64,000 nucleotides of DNA from Candidatus Kaiserbacteria bacterium (GTDB taxonomy: Bacteria; Patescibacteriota; Minisyncoccia; Phycocordibacterales; UBA2100): NCBI GenBank assembly GCA_016214605.1, contig JACROD010000014.1, forward strand, positions 41,074 to 105,073. Direction: 5' to 3'. The translations under genes and the position numbers were made by a program. Each line of letters begins with the position of its first letter. Positions within the stretch are counted from its first letter, which is position 1. Positions 63,537-64,000 of this stretch are shown piece after piece. Under the pieces are notes generated by a model. The model was not told the origin of the DNA. It saw nothing but the letters and a program-made list of their open reading frames with translations, and searched no databases.

Positions 63537-63743
63537 ATGGAGGACCAAGGATTCAATCGCCGGATGGACGAAATGGAGAAGAAGCTTGACGCGGTCTACG
63601 AATCTTCCGAAAAAATGCGCAAGTTTTTCCTCTGGACGGTGATCGCGGGAGTCGTGGCTTTCGTCTTGCCGCTCATCGGAATCTTCTTTGCGATCCCGTC
63701 GTTCATTTCCACTTACAGCAACATCTCAAATATCGGTATGTAG
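63537..63743 (+). CDS. small membrane protein
   Basis: 68 aa; C-terminal TM helix. Confidence 0.3.
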   Translation: MEDQGFNRRMDEMEKKLDAVYESSEKMRKFFLWTVIAGVVAFVLPLIGIFFAIPSFISTYSNISNIGM

Positions 63744-63788
63744 GACACACAGTTGCTTATCATTTTATAAACCATAATTTTCTATCAT

Positions 63789-64000
63789 ATGGACACAGAA
63801 AAAAAGGAAATACACATCATGCCGCCGGAGCTGATCGTGAAGGCCGTCGCACTCGCGCTCGGCATGCTCGCGTTGTTCCTTCTCGTAGTTACAGTGAGCG
63901 AATTACGCAGCTTCAAGTACATTGGTGCGGGTATTAGCCCGACCAACACCATTGTCGTTTCCGGACAAGGCGAGGTCTTTGCGGTTCCGGATACCGGCGA
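63789..64000 (+). CDS. SIMPL/DUF541 (YggE-like) protein, N-terminal part (3' end outside window)
   Basis: not in track; MDTEKKEIHIMPPELIVKAVALALGMLALFLLVV… then …ISPTNTIVVSGQGEVFAVPD typical of SIMPL domain start. Confidence 0.5.
   Translation, partial: MDTEKKEIHIMPPELIVKAVALALGMLALFLLVVTVSELRSFKYIGAGISPTNTIVVSGQGEVFAVPDTG

Overview
64 kb window, about 50% GC overall with several AT-rich islands, from a small-genome bacterium. Gene content (short HolA and YidC, type IV pilus genes, peptidoglycan-anchored giant surface proteins) suggests a CPR/Patescibacteria-like lineage; this is inference only. The conserved backbone is rpmH-rnpA-yidC-jag, oriC-dnaA-dnaN, a class A PBP, ruvC/yebC/ruvB/ruvA, murE, rpsT, pilB, pilM-N-O, tsaE, polA, holA, an ECF sigma/anti-sigma pair, ruvX, rplS, a histidine kinase with response regulator, and two GT2 glycosyltransferases. 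There are seven tRNAs (Lys-TTT, Arg-GCG, Ser-TGA, Arg-TCT, Val-TAC, Leu-GAG, His-GTG). The most notable accessory content is a complete diversity-generating retroelement at 46.1-48.9 kb: a target gene whose 3' variable repeat differs from a downstream template repeat only at template adenines, an Avd homologue on the opposite strand, and a reverse transcriptase whose first codons contain a G11 tract. Other accessory features are a type IV secretion/conjugation-like cluster at the window start; an AT-rich Schlafen/AlbA_2-like ATPase gene plus a DUF45 metallohydrolase inserted inside the ruv operon; two paralogous Cys/Gly-rich secreted proteins, each followed by a conserved hairpin-bearing repeat and a tRNA; two very long perfect inverted repeats (5709-5825, 15489-15630); free-standing HNH and LAGLIDADG endonuclease genes abutting tRNAs; a RelE/YoeB-like toxin-antitoxin pair; a VKOR-DsbA pair; an NYN nuclease; and a recurring TAGCCAMTAGGG motif.
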